A stretch of 63,701 bases of DNA, counting the filler, from Actinomycetota bacterium (GTDB lineage: Bacteria; Actinomycetota; CADDZG01; JAHWKV01; JAOPZY01), in assembly GCA_025963875.1 (NCBI GenBank). It is 7 parts of 7 records of this genome, joined end to end, with 100 filler letters (N's around TTAATTAATTAA, not from the genome) between each part and the next. Parts side by side here need not be neighbours in the genome. Positions count along the whole stretch, not along the records: positions 35,204 to 47,580 come from JAOPZY010000234.1; positions 47,681 to 53,017 come from JAOPZY010000001.1; positions 53,118 to 58,746 come from JAOPZY010000060.1; 4 more parts are not named here. One strand, written 5' to 3'. The notes under the pieces were generated by a model. The model had not been told where the DNA came from. It made no database searches and saw only the letters and a program-made list of their open reading frames with translations. The translations under genes and the position numbers were made by a program. Positions 44,696 through 54,524 of this stretch are shown one piece after another (position 1 is the stretch's first letter; every line of letters begins with the position of its first letter).

Positions 44696-46042
44696 ATGTT
44701 CGATACCCTCGGCAACCGCCTCGACGACATCTTCCGCAAGCTGCGCTCGCGCGGGCGGCTGACCGAGAAGGAGATCGACGAGGCCCTCCGGGAGATCCGG
44801 GTGGCGCTGCTCGAGGCCGACGTGGCCCTCCCCGCGGTGCGGACCTTCCTCCAGCACGTGAAGGCTGAGGCCCTGGGCGAGGACGTGCTCAAGTCCCTCA
44901 CCCCCGGCCAGCAGGTCATCAAGATCGTCCATGAGGAGCTCGTGCGGATGCTGGGCGGGCAGAGCGCCGGGCTCGTCACCGCCTCGAAGCCGCCGACCGT
45001 CATCATGCTCGCCGGCCTGCAGGGCTCCGGCAAGACCTCGACCGCCGGCAAGCTCGCCGCCCTGCTGCGTCGCAAGGGCCAGCGCCCCCTGCTCGTCGCT
45101 GCGGACCTGCAGCGGCCCGCCGCCATCCGCCAGCTCCAGATCCTCGGCGAGCAGGCCAAGGTAGCGGTCCACGCCGAGATGGGCGAGACCGATCCGGTGG
45201 CCGTCGTCCGGCGGGCGCTCGAGGAGGGCCGGCGTGATGCGGACGTCGTGATCCTCGACACCGCGGGCCGGCTGCACGTCGATCCCGAGATGATGGATCA
45301 GGTGGCGAGGGTGCACGCCGTGGCCCAGCCGGACGAGGTCCTGTTCGTCCTCGACGCCATGACCGGCCAGGACGCCCTGGTGTCGGCCAAGGCGTTCGCC
45401 GAGACCATCCCGCTCACCGGCATCATCATCACGAAGCTCGATGGCGACGCCAGAGGCGGCGCCGCGCTCTCCGCGGCGACCGTCACCGGCCGGCCCATCA
45501 AGTTCGCAGGTATGGGGGAGAAGCTGGGCGACCTCGAGCCGTTCCACCCCGACCGCATCGCCTCCCGCATCCTCGGGATGGGCGACGTCCTCACGCTCAT
45601 CGAGAAAGCCGAGGCCACCGTCTCCAAGGAGGAGGCGGAGAAGCAGGCCCGCAAGATCCTCGACGCCGCGTTCACGCTGGAGGACTTCCTGTCCCAGATG
45701 CAGCAGGTCCGCAAGATGGGCGGGATCGGCAGCCTCGTCAAGATGCTGCCGGGCCTGCCCGGCATGGGTCGCCTCTCGGACCTGGCCATCGAGGACAAGG
45801 ACATGGTCAAGCTGGAGGCGATCATCCGGTCGATGACCCCCGTCGAGCGCAACGATCCCCGGATCATCTCGGGTTCTCGCCGGGCCCGGATCGCCCGGGG
45901 GTCGGGGACGCAGGTCCGGGACGTCAACGAGCTGCTGAAGCAGTTCGACGCCGTGCGCAAGATGATGAAGTCGATGACGAAGGGTGGCGGGAAGAAGGGT
46001 CGCCGCGGCGCCTTCAGCCTTCCCCCGGGCCTGGGCCTCTGA
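44696..46042 (+). CDS. ffh: Signal recognition particle protein
   Basis: GLQGSGKT, DTAGR, RILGMGD, RIARGSG. Confidence 0.97.
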   Translation: MFDTLGNRLDDIFRKLRSRGRLTEKEIDEALREIRVALLEADVALPAVRTFLQHVKAEALGEDVLKSLTPGQQVIKIVHEELVRMLGGQSAGLVTASKPPTVIMLAGLQGSGKTSTAGKLAALLRRKGQRPLLVAADLQRPAAIRQLQILGEQAKVAVHAEMGETDPVAVVRRALEEGRRDADVVILDTAGRLHVDPEMMDQVARVHAVAQPDEVLFVLDAMTGQDALVSAKAFAETIPLTGIIITKLDGDARGGAALSAATVTGRPIKFAGMGEKLGDLEPFHPDRIASRILGMGDVLTLIEKAEATVSKEEAEKQARKILDAAFTLEDFLSQMQQVRKMGGIGSLVKMLPGLPGMGRLSDLAIEDKDMVKLEAIIRSMTPVERNDPRIISGSRRARIARGSGTQVRDVNELLKQFDAVRKMMKSMTKGGGKKGRRGAFSLPPGLGL

Positions 46043-46229
46043 AGGACCCTGGGGCCGGAGGGGGAGGTTAGGAGCCCAGCGCGCGTCTACGCGCGATTCG
46101 CTCCCAACTTCGGACCGGGGGGCCGGGCATCAAGGCTGGGGCTTCGCGACGGCGCTCATCGGTGCGTTTTCCTCCCCACTCCGGCTGACCAACTGATTGC
46201 GGTTCCGGCTGCCTGGTACACTCGCCAGC

Positions 46230-46532
46230 ATGGTCAAGATCAGACTTCGTCGCATCGGAAAGAAGGGCCAGCCCAGCTACCGCGTGGTCGTCACTGACGC
46301 CCGCTCGCCGCGGGACGGGCGGTTCATCGAGAACATCGGCAGCTACGACCCCATGCGGGAGCCCTCCTTCGTCGAGATCGACGGTCCCCGAGCACTGGAA
46401 TGGATCGGCAAGGGCGCCCAGCCCTCGCAGGCGGTGACCCGGCTGATGGAGATCGCCGGCGTCATTCCCCGGCAGGAGTCCGCACCGGCGTCGAAGCCGG
46501 CAGCCCGGGCTCAAGCCGGCGGCTCCAGCTAG
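46230..46532 (+). CDS. rpsP: 30S ribosomal protein S16
   Basis: MVKIRLRRIGKKGQPSYRVVV..RDGRFIE. Confidence 0.97.
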   Translation: MVKIRLRRIGKKGQPSYRVVVTDARSPRDGRFIENIGSYDPMREPSFVEIDGPRALEWIGKGAQPSQAVTRLMEIAGVIPRQESAPASKPAARAQAGGSS

Positions 46533-46550
46533 CCAGAGACACTCCAGGCC

Positions 46551-46787
46551 ATGGGATCCCGGGAGACGCTGGAGTTCATCGTCTCGTGGCTCGTCGAGCA
46601 CCCCGATGACGTGCGCGTCGAGGAGGAGGACTCCGGGCGCACCGTCATCTACGACCTCTTCCTCCACCCCGACGACGTCGGGCGGGTGATCGGTCGCAGC
46701 GGCCGGGTGGCGCGGGCCATCCGCACCGTCGTCAAGGCCGCCGCCGCCAAGGAGGACCGCAACGCCCTCGTCGAGATCGTCGACTGA
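46551..46787 (+). CDS. khpA: KH-domain RNA-binding protein
   Basis: DVGRVIGRSGRVARAIRTV; rpsP-rimM context. Confidence 0.92.
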   Translation: MGSRETLEFIVSWLVEHPDDVRVEEEDSGRTVIYDLFLHPDDVGRVIGRSGRVARAIRTVVKAAAAKEDRNALVEIVD

Positions 46788-46788
46788 G

Positions 46789-47322
46789 ACGCCGTCTGAG
46801 ACCGTAGGGCCCGCAGACACCGTCCTCGTAGGGGAGATCACGAGGCCCCACGGCATCCGGGGCGAGGTGGTTGTCCGGTCCCTGTCCGAGAACCCTGCCC
46901 GCTTCCAGCCCGGCTCCCGCCTGCTGGTCGGCCGCGACGTCGACACGGTCGTGGAGATGGTGATCGGCGCCGTGCGCCCCCAGCAGCCCGACCGGCTGCT
47001 CGTCACCTTCGACCTGGTCCCCGACCGCAGCGCCGCCGAGGCCCTCCGGGGGTGCCGGATCTTCGCTCCCGCGGCCGCCCTGCCGGAACTGCCCGACGAC
47101 ATGTTCTGGGAGCGTGACCTGGTCGGTCTGCCGGTGGTGAACGTCGACGGCACCGACCTCGGGGTCATCTCCGCCGTGCTCTCCCGGGCCGAGCAGGACC
47201 TCTGGGAGGTCCAGACGCCGGGCGGGCCCGTGCTGCTGCCGGCCGCAAAGGGCATTGTGGTCTCGGTCGACCTGGGGGCGGGACGGGTGACCGTCGACCC
47301 TCCGGCCGGCCTCTTCGACTGA
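46789..47322 (+). CDS. rimM: Ribosome maturation factor RimM (start uncertain)
   Basis: VGEITRPHGIRGEV, DRSAAEALRG, DLVGL, VDPPAGL. Confidence 0.88.
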   Translation, partial: TPSETVGPADTVLVGEITRPHGIRGEVVVRSLSENPARFQPGSRLLVGRDVDTVVEMVIGAVRPQQPDRLLVTFDLVPDRSAAEALRGCRIFAPAAALPELPDDMFWERDLVGLPVVNVDGTDLGVISAVLSRAEQDLWEVQTPGGPVLLPAAKGIVVSVDLGAGRVTVDPPAGLFD

Positions 47323-47336
47323 GGCCCCGCCCGGCC

Positions 47337-47580
47337 GTGCTGCGGTTCGACGTCGTCACGATCTTCCCTGAGGTCTACGAATCGCCGCTGCACGTGAGCC
47401 TTCTCGGCAAGGCCATCGCAGGGGGCCTTGTCGAGGTAGGGATCCACGACCTCCGGGCCTGGGGCCAGGGGCCGCACCGCAAGGTCGACGACACCCCCTT
47501 CGGAGGCGGAGCGGGCATGGTGATGACCCCGGGCCCCGTCGTCGCGGCCGTGGAGGCCGTCCGCCGGCCCTCCGGCCGGG
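47337..47580 (+). CDS. trmD: tRNA (guanine-N1)-methyltransferase (3' truncated)
   Basis: VVTIFPE, HRKVDDTPFGGGAGMVM. Confidence 0.95.
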
Positions 47581-47680
47581 NNNNNNNNNNNNNNNNNNNN
47601 NNNNNNNNNNNNNNNNNNNNNNNNTTAATTAATTAANNNNNNNNNNNNNNNNNNNNNNNNNNNNNNNNNNNNNNNNNNNN
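47581..47680. other. Artificial contig linker
   Basis: N-run with TTAATTAATTAA. Confidence 0.99.
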
Positions 47681-47734
47681 CCACTCCCGCGTGTCACGGA
47701 TTTTCTCCGCCTGACGCCAAAACGGGCCATTTCC

Positions 47735-47762
47735 TGTCGGCATCTCTCCGTACACTTGTTCG
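47735..47762 (+). promoter_or_regulatory. PafBC-type promoter with overlapping LexA-like box
   Basis: TGTCGG 47735-47740, N10, TACACT 47751-47756; CGTAC-ACTT-GTTCG 47749-47762. Confidence 0.65.
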
Positions 47763-47766
47763 CACG

Positions 47767-47922
47767 ATGGCTGCGTTCCGGTCCTTCCAGTACCTGCTCC
47801 AGCCCACGGCCCGCCAGGCCCGGGCGCTCGAGCACCTGCTCGGGGTGCAGCCAGCGCCGTCAAAAGCGCGAAGCGGAGGCCGACGCGGCATGACCGCGCA
47901 GGTTATTTCCTCGCGGGCCTAA
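47767..47922 (+). pseudogene. TnpB (IS200/IS605 OrfB) N-terminal remnant
   Basis: MAAFRSFQYLLQPTARQARALEHLLG resembles the TnpB N-terminal motif; ORF stops after 51 aa. Confidence 0.6.
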
Positions 47923-48289
47923 GCTAAGAGGACTGCGTCAAGGTCCCGACCTGGCCCGACAGCAACGGGCTCCAAAGGGCCCGAGCTGTTTTCGTCACGG
48001 CGAAGCCCGCAACTCAGCGATGGCGAACCGGCTCGGATAGACGGCCGCCCTTCGTCATCCCGGGGATCGGGCAAGCTCGATTGGGCGGGGTGGTTTCATT
48101 TCCGCCGATGCTACGTATCAATAAAGCACGTTGGGTTCCGGGAGGTTTGGAGAGTACGCTCGGTCGGCGAGCGGTTGGCTTCTGACCTCGCCGACCGTCG
48201 GGGGAACTCTTCCGCCCCGATCCGACCCTGTCCGCACGCATCCTCTCCCTGGACGCTTGGCCATCGCGCGATTGTCTATCCTCGTTTTC

Positions 48290-49030
48290 ATGGATCCCGT
48301 CATTGCCACGGCGGCCGAGCGGCCCGACCTGTTCCGGCGGGGCAGTGAGCTGACCGCCGATATCTGGCCGGTCTACAACACCCACGGCGAGGTGCTGTCG
48401 GTGTACTGGGGCCGCCTCGCCGAGGAGTTCCCCGAGTTCCAGTTCGTCGTCTACGACCCCGAGACCGAGGAGGTCCTGGGCCAGGGCCACTCGATCCCGT
48501 GCGCCTGGGACGGCACCGTGGAGGGTCTCCCGGTGGGCATCGACCAGGTGGTGGAGCGGGGGTTCGATCCGGGCGCCCAAGGCAGACGGGGGACGCTGTC
48601 GGCCCTGGCGGTCGAGGTACCGCGACGCAATCAGGGTCGGGGCCTCAGCCGCCACGTTCTCGGAGGCATGCGCCTCGTCGCGGCCCGCCACGGCATGGAT
48701 GCCGTCATCGTGCCGTTGCGCCCGGTCCTGAAGGACCGGTACCCGCTCGTCCCCATCGAGCGCTATGTGGGGTGGACGCGGCCCGACGGGTCCCCCTTCG
48801 ACCCCTGGATCCGTGTCCACACCGGTCTGGGCGCAGCAATCCTGAAGCCGGCGCCACGATCCCTGAAGATCGCCGGCCGGGTGGAAGAGTGGGAGGCCTG
48901 GACGAAGATGGCCTTCCCGGAGAGCGGCGACTACGTCATTCCGCAGGGCCTCGCCCTTCTGTCCGTGGACCGGGTCGCCGGTATCGGGACCTACTTCGAA
49001 CCCAACGTCTGGATCCGCCACCGGGTCTGA
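48290..49030 (+). CDS. GNAT-like N-acetyltransferase family protein
   Basis: QGRGLS, VPLRPVLK, DPWIRVHTGLG, EPNVW. Confidence 0.8.
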   Translation: MDPVIATAAERPDLFRRGSELTADIWPVYNTHGEVLSVYWGRLAEEFPEFQFVVYDPETEEVLGQGHSIPCAWDGTVEGLPVGIDQVVERGFDPGAQGRRGTLSALAVEVPRRNQGRGLSRHVLGGMRLVAARHGMDAVIVPLRPVLKDRYPLVPIERYVGWTRPDGSPFDPWIRVHTGLGAAILKPAPRSLKIAGRVEEWEAWTKMAFPESGDYVIPQGLALLSVDRVAGIGTYFEPNVWIRHRV

Positions 49031-49052
49031 CCATCGATGAGGAGTGCAATGG

Positions 49053-49907
49053 ATGAGGGATGAGAGAGAAGGCTTTCCTCCGGGGGTTCCCTGCTGGGTC
49101 GACACGGCGCAGCCAGACCCTGAAGCGGCGGCTCGCTTCTACGGCGACCTCTTTGGATGGGAGTTCCAGAATCGTATGGCCGGGGGGTACTTCGTAGCCC
49201 AACTCGGGGGACGGGATGTCGCCGCCATCGGCTCCCAGCCAGACGGCGACCCCCAGACGCCCACCTGGCGCACCTACATCGCAGTCGACAGCGCCGACGA
49301 TGCCGCCGTGAGGGTCGAGAGCGCCGGTGGGAGAGTCCTCAGTGAGCCGTTCGACGTCTCCGACGCGGGCCGGATGGGCGTCGTTGCCGATCCCGCGGGG
49401 GCCGTGTTCTGCGTTTGGCAGGCGAACAAGCGCAAGGGAGCCGAGGTCGTCAACGCTGCGGGCTCATGGAATTGGAGCAACCTCAACACCGGGGATTTGG
49501 AAGGCGCCAAATCGTTCTATGGGGCGGTATTCGGCTGGGAGTTCGACACGCTGGATTTCGGCGGCGGCACCACGGTGCTGTGCCGCCTTCCTGGGTACGG
49601 GCAGTTCCTTGAGGCGTTCGATCCCGACCTGCTCACGCGGCAAGCGAAGGCAGGGGCACCCTCCGGCTTCGAGGACGCCGTCGCCTGGATGGCTCCCCTC
49701 CCGGGCGCCCCGTCTGCCCCAACGATGCCTCCGCACTGGAGTGTGACGTTCTCTGTCGCCGACACCGATGCGATCGTGGAGGGGGCCGTACAACTCGGTG
49801 GCAGGGTGGTAGTGCCAGCGGTTGATACCCCGCCTGTCCGCGTGGCAGTGCTGAGCGATCCCCAGGGGGCGGAGTTCACCGTCAGCAGGTTCGCCCCTGC
49901 TGGCTAG
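49053..49907 (+). CDS. VOC/glyoxalase family protein (two domains)
   Basis: GVPCWVD, FYGDLFGW, DPAGAVF, DPQGAEF. Confidence 0.9.
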   Translation: MRDEREGFPPGVPCWVDTAQPDPEAAARFYGDLFGWEFQNRMAGGYFVAQLGGRDVAAIGSQPDGDPQTPTWRTYIAVDSADDAAVRVESAGGRVLSEPFDVSDAGRMGVVADPAGAVFCVWQANKRKGAEVVNAAGSWNWSNLNTGDLEGAKSFYGAVFGWEFDTLDFGGGTTVLCRLPGYGQFLEAFDPDLLTRQAKAGAPSGFEDAVAWMAPLPGAPSAPTMPPHWSVTFSVADTDAIVEGAVQLGGRVVVPAVDTPPVRVAVLSDPQGAEFTVSRFAPAG

Positions 49908-49937
49908 GCTCATGGGTCTGGGTACCATCGAGAGCGC

Positions 49938-51668
49938 ATGCCCCGGACCAACTTCGAGGTGGCCGCCGCCCTCCACGAGCTCGCAGACCTGCTCCAGATC
50001 AACGGCGGGGACCGCTTCCGCACCCTGGCTTACCGCCGTGCCGGCGACGCCGTGCGCGGCCTGGGCCGCGACGTCTCGACGATGACGGGGGCCGAGCTCA
50101 ACGCGGTGCACGGCATTGGCAAGGCGACGGCGGGCAAGGTGATGGAACTGCTCCAGAGCGGGACCATCGCGCTGCTGGAGGAGCTGCGGGCCAAGTACCC
50201 GGCCGGCGTCCTCGAGATGACCCGGCTCTCGGGGCTGGGACCGAAGAAGGCGCTCGCCCTGCACGACGCCCTGGGCGTCGGCACCCTGGAGGAGCTCGAG
50301 GTGGCGCTGAAGGCCGGGCGGCTGCGTGATCTGAAGGGATTCGGCGCCAAGAGCGAGGAGAACCTCCTGCGTGCGCTGGCAACCCATTCCCGGGAGGAGC
50401 GGCGCATCCTGCTCGGGGATGCCCTGGTAGTAGCGGAAGAGATGCTGGAAGGCCTCCGGACGATCCCCGGCGTCGAGCGGGCGTCGTACGCCGGCAGCCT
50501 GCGGCGGATGCGGGACACCATCGGGGACCTCGACCTTTTGGCGGCGGCGTTCAACCCCCGGGAGGTCGTCGAGGCGTTCGGGGGCCTGCCCAATATCGGC
50601 CGGGTGCTCGGGGCAGGGCCGACGAAGTGCAGCGTGCTCACGCGCAACGGTCTGCAGGTGGACCTGCGGGTGGTTGCCCCCGAGGAGTTCGGATCGGCCC
50701 TCCAGTACTTCACCGGGTCGAAGGCGCACAACGTGAAGGTCCGGGAGCACGCGGTGCGCAGCGGGCTCAAGCTTTCGGAGTACGGGCTGTTCCGGGCAGG
50801 GGAGCGCATCGCCGGGTCGACGGAGGAGGAGGTCTACGGGGCGCTCGGCATGCAGACGCCGCCCGCGCCCATGCGGGAGGACCGCGGCGAGGTCGAGCTG
50901 GCGTTGCGGGGCGCGCTGCCCTCACTCGTGTCGGTCGGGGATCTCCGGGGCGACCTGCAGAGCCACTCGGTCTACTCCGACGGCCGGCGGACCATCCGTG
51001 AGATGGCGCTGGCCGCTGCAGCGAAGGGCTACGAGTACTTCGCCATCACCGACCACGGGCGGAACCTCTCCATCGTCCGCAACCTGTCCCTGGAGGACAT
51101 CGAGCGCCAGCGGGCCGAGGTGAAGGCCCTGAACGAGGAGCTGGCGGGACGCATCGTCGTGCTGCACGGCCTCGAAGCCAATATCGGGATGGAGGGGGAA
51201 CTCGACTATGCGGACGAGGTCCTGGCCGGCTTCGACGTCGTGGTCGCCAGCCTGCACCACCAGCTCCGGGGGGAGCGGGAGGTGATGACCCGGAGGGTGC
51301 TCCGGGCGATCGAGAACCCCCACGTCCACGTCCTCGGGCACCCGACCGGACGCATGATGCCGAGGCGCCCCGGCAGTGACCTCGACATGGAGGCGGTGTG
51401 CCGGGCGGCGCTGGCCCACGGCGTAGCGCTGGAGATCAACGCCAACCCCCGCCGGCTCGACCTGAAGGACGACCACGCCTTCCTGGCCCGCCAGATGGGA
51501 TGCCTGTTCGCCATCTCCACCGATGCCCACTCCCCGCGGGAGCTGGACCTGATGCGCTTCGGCGTCGCGACCGCCCAGCGGGGGTGGGTCGAGGCCAAGG
51601 ACGTCGTGAACACCTGGCCCCTGGAGAAGCTACGCCGGTTCCTGGCGAAGTCGCCGGTGTCTTCATGA
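49938..51668 (+). CDS. polX: DNA polymerase X / PHP exonuclease
   Basis: GSLRR..GDLDL, YFTGSKAHN, HSVYSDG, TDH, TDAH. Confidence 0.95.
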   Translation: MPRTNFEVAAALHELADLLQINGGDRFRTLAYRRAGDAVRGLGRDVSTMTGAELNAVHGIGKATAGKVMELLQSGTIALLEELRAKYPAGVLEMTRLSGLGPKKALALHDALGVGTLEELEVALKAGRLRDLKGFGAKSEENLLRALATHSREERRILLGDALVVAEEMLEGLRTIPGVERASYAGSLRRMRDTIGDLDLLAAAFNPREVVEAFGGLPNIGRVLGAGPTKCSVLTRNGLQVDLRVVAPEEFGSALQYFTGSKAHNVKVREHAVRSGLKLSEYGLFRAGERIAGSTEEEVYGALGMQTPPAPMREDRGEVELALRGALPSLVSVGDLRGDLQSHSVYSDGRRTIREMALAAAAKGYEYFAITDHGRNLSIVRNLSLEDIERQRAEVKALNEELAGRIVVLHGLEANIGMEGELDYADEVLAGFDVVVASLHHQLRGEREVMTRRVLRAIENPHVHVLGHPTGRMMPRRPGSDLDMEAVCRAALAHGVALEINANPRRLDLKDDHAFLARQMGCLFAISTDAHSPRELDLMRFGVATAQRGWVEAKDVVNTWPLEKLRRFLAKSPVSS

Positions 51669-52297
51669 AGGGGCTCGGCCGGCCCTTCTATGCCCGGGAT
51701 GCGCTCGAGGTGGCGCCGCTGCTCTTGGGGCGGACACTGGTGTCGGAGTCGGAAGAGGGCGCGGTGACGGGCCGCATCGTGGAAGTGGAGGCATACTGCG
51801 GCCCCGTCGACCCGGCGAGCCATGCCTACCGGGGGCCGACGAAGCGCAATGCCGTCATGTTCGGCCCGCCCGGGCACTTGTACGTGTACTTCACCTACGG
51901 GATGCACTACTGCGCCAACGTCGTGTGCGAGTCGGTCGGCAGCCCAGGGGCGGTGCTCCTGCGGGCGGTGGAACCATTGTCCGGCCTCGACCTGATGGGG
52001 GAGCGACGGGAGGTCGACCCCGCCTCGTTGCGGCTGCTCGCTCGCGGCCCGGCCCGCCTGACCCAGGCCTTCGGGATCGACCGCTCCCTGGACGGCAGCG
52101 ACCTGGTCGGGGGGCCGGTGTGGATCGGGGGCCGGCAGGTCCTGCGGGGCGACGTGGTGGCCGGCCCGAGGATCGGCATCACCAAGGCGGCGTCGGAACC
52201 GTGGCGTTTCTACGAGGTCGGGCCGTGGGCGAGCCCTCGGCGGCTCCCGGTTCCGGGCCGGCCGGCCGCTAGAATCGTGGACGAGGTGAACCATTGA
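51665..52297 (+). CDS. mpg: 3-methyladenine DNA glycosylase (AAG/Mpg family)
   Basis: IVEVEAY, YVYFTYGMHYC, AVLLRAVEP, RIGI. Confidence 0.95.
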   Translation: MKGLGRPFYARDALEVAPLLLGRTLVSESEEGAVTGRIVEVEAYCGPVDPASHAYRGPTKRNAVMFGPPGHLYVYFTYGMHYCANVVCESVGSPGAVLLRAVEPLSGLDLMGERREVDPASLRLLARGPARLTQAFGIDRSLDGSDLVGGPVWIGGRQVLRGDVVAGPRIGITKAASEPWRFYEVGPWASPRRLPVPGRPAARIVDEVNH

Positions 52298-53017
52298 CCC
52301 AGAGCCGTACCGAGGCCATCCGGGCTGTCCCCGGATCTGAAGCGGATGGCGGCGAGTTCTCCGGGCACCTCGTCCTGCCTGACTCCGGTTTCGGGCCCGG
52401 CCTGCTCGTCGTCCAGGAGATCTTCGGGCTCAGCCCATACATCGAGGCGGTGTGCGAACGGGTTGCCCAGATGGGCTACGTCGCCCTTGCTCCCGATCTC
52501 TTCTGGCGCCTGGAGCCCGGCGTGGCCATCGACGAGCAGGACCCCGACGCCCTGCAGCGGGGGTTGGGCTACCGGCAGCGTCTCGACTTCGAGAAGGCGG
52601 TCGATGATGCGGTGGCGGCACTCGGGCATCTGCGGAACCTGCCGGAGGTCGCCGGGGGCCGGGCGGGGGTGATGGGCTTCTGCCTGGGCGGCGGTATCAG
52701 CTACCGCGTCGCCGCTGCGGCCGATCCCGACTGCGTGGTCTCCTACTACGGCTCCGACATCCCACCGTCGGTGGGGCTTGCCGGCGAGATCTCCTGCCCG
52801 ATCCTCTTCCACTTCGGGCTTGCCGACCAGTTCCTGACACTCGATGGCCAGGAGGTCATTCGATCCGCGTTCAGCGGGAGGCCGGAGGCGGAGTTCCACG
52901 AGCATCCCGGGGCGAACCACGCCTTCGACAACTTCAACTCCCCCATGTTCCATCACGCCGAGGCGTCCGCCCGTGCGTGGGAGCAGACCCAGGCGTTCCT
53001 GAGGGCCAAGCTGCCGG
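52294..53017 (+). CDS. Dienelactone hydrolase family protein (stop lost at contig end)
   Basis: VQEIFG, GFCLGG, HAF. Confidence 0.9.
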
Positions 53018-53117
53018 NNNNNNNNNNNNNNNNNNNNNNNNNNNNNNNNNNNNNNNNNNNNTTAATTAATTAANNNNNNNNNNNNNNNNNNNNNNNNNNN
53101 NNNNNNNNNNNNNNNNN
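53018..53117. other. Artificial contig linker
   Basis: N-run with TTAATTAATTAA. Confidence 0.99.
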
Positions 53118-53118
53118 C

Positions 53119-53421
53119 GAGGGCGAGATCGTCGACTGGCTGCAGGACGCCCGCAACGCCGCCGACGGCGTCGTCCTCAACGCCGGGGCGCTCAGCCACT
53201 ACTCGCTGGCTATCCACGACGCGGTGGTCGTGGCCCGGGTGCCGCTCATCGAGGTCCACATCTCGAATGTCTACGCCCGGGAAGAATGGCGGGAGGCCTC
53301 GGTGATCTCGAGCGTGGCCCGGGGCGTGATCGTCGGTCTCGGCATCGAGGGGTACGTGCTGGCGCTGGACGCGCTGGCGGTACTCCTGGCCGCAGCAAGC
53401 GACGGAGAGGAGGAGAGCTGA
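53119..53421 (+). CDS. aroQ: Type II 3-dehydroquinate dehydratase (5' truncated)
   Basis: EGEIVDWL, NAGALSHYS, IEVHISNVYAREEWR. Confidence 0.92.
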   Translation, partial: EGEIVDWLQDARNAADGVVLNAGALSHYSLAIHDAVVVARVPLIEVHISNVYAREEWREASVISSVARGVIVGLGIEGYVLALDALAVLLAAASDGEEES

Positions 53422-54491
53422 TGGACTACATGGGCCGCATCAAACGACTGCAGGAGGGCCTCGAGGTCGACGCCCTCTATGTCTCCAACCTGCCCAACGT
53501 CCGGTACCTCTGCGGCTTCACCGGGTCCAACGGCGCCCTGCTGGTCGGCCCGCACGCCGCCTGGTTCCTCACCGACGGCCGCTACCGCACGCAGGCGGCC
53601 GGCGAGGTCGTGGGGGCCGAGGTCGAGGTCTACGGGCTACCCGACCAGCTGGGCGCCGCCCTCCGGCGCATCGCGGCCGAGCTCGGCGTCGCCCGGGTCG
53701 GCTTCGAGGCGGACCACGTGGCGGTCGCCGCCGCCGAGCGCCTGAAGGAGCACTTCCCCGGGGCTGAACTCGTCCCCACGAGCGGTCTGGTCGAGGCGCT
53801 GCGCCGGGTGAAGGAGCCCGAGGAGCTCGACAAGATCCGGGCAGCGGCCCAGCTTGCCGACGAGGGCCTCGCCTACATCCTCGGCCAACTGCGCCCCGGC
53901 ATCACCGAGCGGGAGCTGGCCATCCTGTTGGAGAGCCACATGCGGGTCGAGGGGGCCGAGGCCGTGTCCTTCCCCGCCATCGTCGCCGCCGCCGAGCGCA
54001 GTGCCCTGCCGCACGCCCACCCGTCCGACCGGATCATCGAGCACGGGAGGTTCCTGCTCTTCGACCTCGGCTGCATCGTGGACGGCTACTGCTCGGACCT
54101 GACCCGCACCGTCGTGCTCGGCCACGCCGACGACCGGCACCGGGAGATCTACGAGCTCGTCGCCCTGGCGCAGCAGGCGGGCCTCGACGCCCTGCGAGCC
54201 GGCAGGACGGGGGCCGAGGTGGACAAGGCGTCCCGGGACGTCATCGCCGGCGCCGGCTACGGCGAGGCCTTCGGCCACAGCCTCGGCCACGGGGTGGGCA
54301 TCGAGATCCACGAGGCCCCGACGCTGCGCTCCACCAGCACCGACGTCCTCGAGGCGGGGAATGTAGTCACGGTCGAGCCGGGTATCTATCTCCCCGGGTG
54401 GGGCGGTGCGCGCATCGAGGACCTGACCGTGGTCACCGAGTCGGGGCAGGAGACGCTCAGCCGTTCCCCCAAGGAACTGATCGTGCTCTAA
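53421..54491 (+). CDS. pepQ: Xaa-Pro peptidase (M24)
   Basis: DLG..YCSDLTRT, HSLGHGVG, HEAP, TVEPGIY, RIED. Confidence 0.9.
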   Translation: MDYMGRIKRLQEGLEVDALYVSNLPNVRYLCGFTGSNGALLVGPHAAWFLTDGRYRTQAAGEVVGAEVEVYGLPDQLGAALRRIAAELGVARVGFEADHVAVAAAERLKEHFPGAELVPTSGLVEALRRVKEPEELDKIRAAAQLADEGLAYILGQLRPGITERELAILLESHMRVEGAEAVSFPAIVAAAERSALPHAHPSDRIIEHGRFLLFDLGCIVDGYCSDLTRTVVLGHADDRHREIYELVALAQQAGLDALRAGRTGAEVDKASRDVIAGAGYGEAFGHSLGHGVGIEIHEAPTLRSTSTDVLEAGNVVTVEPGIYLPGWGGARIEDLTVVTESGQETLSRSPKELIVL

Positions 54492-54524
54492 TGGCTGGGT
54501 ACCCCTGAAAGGAATGTTCCCCCG

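Noticed and set aside
46043..46200. Possible SRP RNA after ffh
   Set aside because: No recognisable SRP domain IV motif was seen
47698..47745. Loose similarity to the sequence upstream of DUF559 copy 1 beyond TGTCGG
   Set aside because: Short and gapped, and partly within idi coding sequence; cannot be separated from chance
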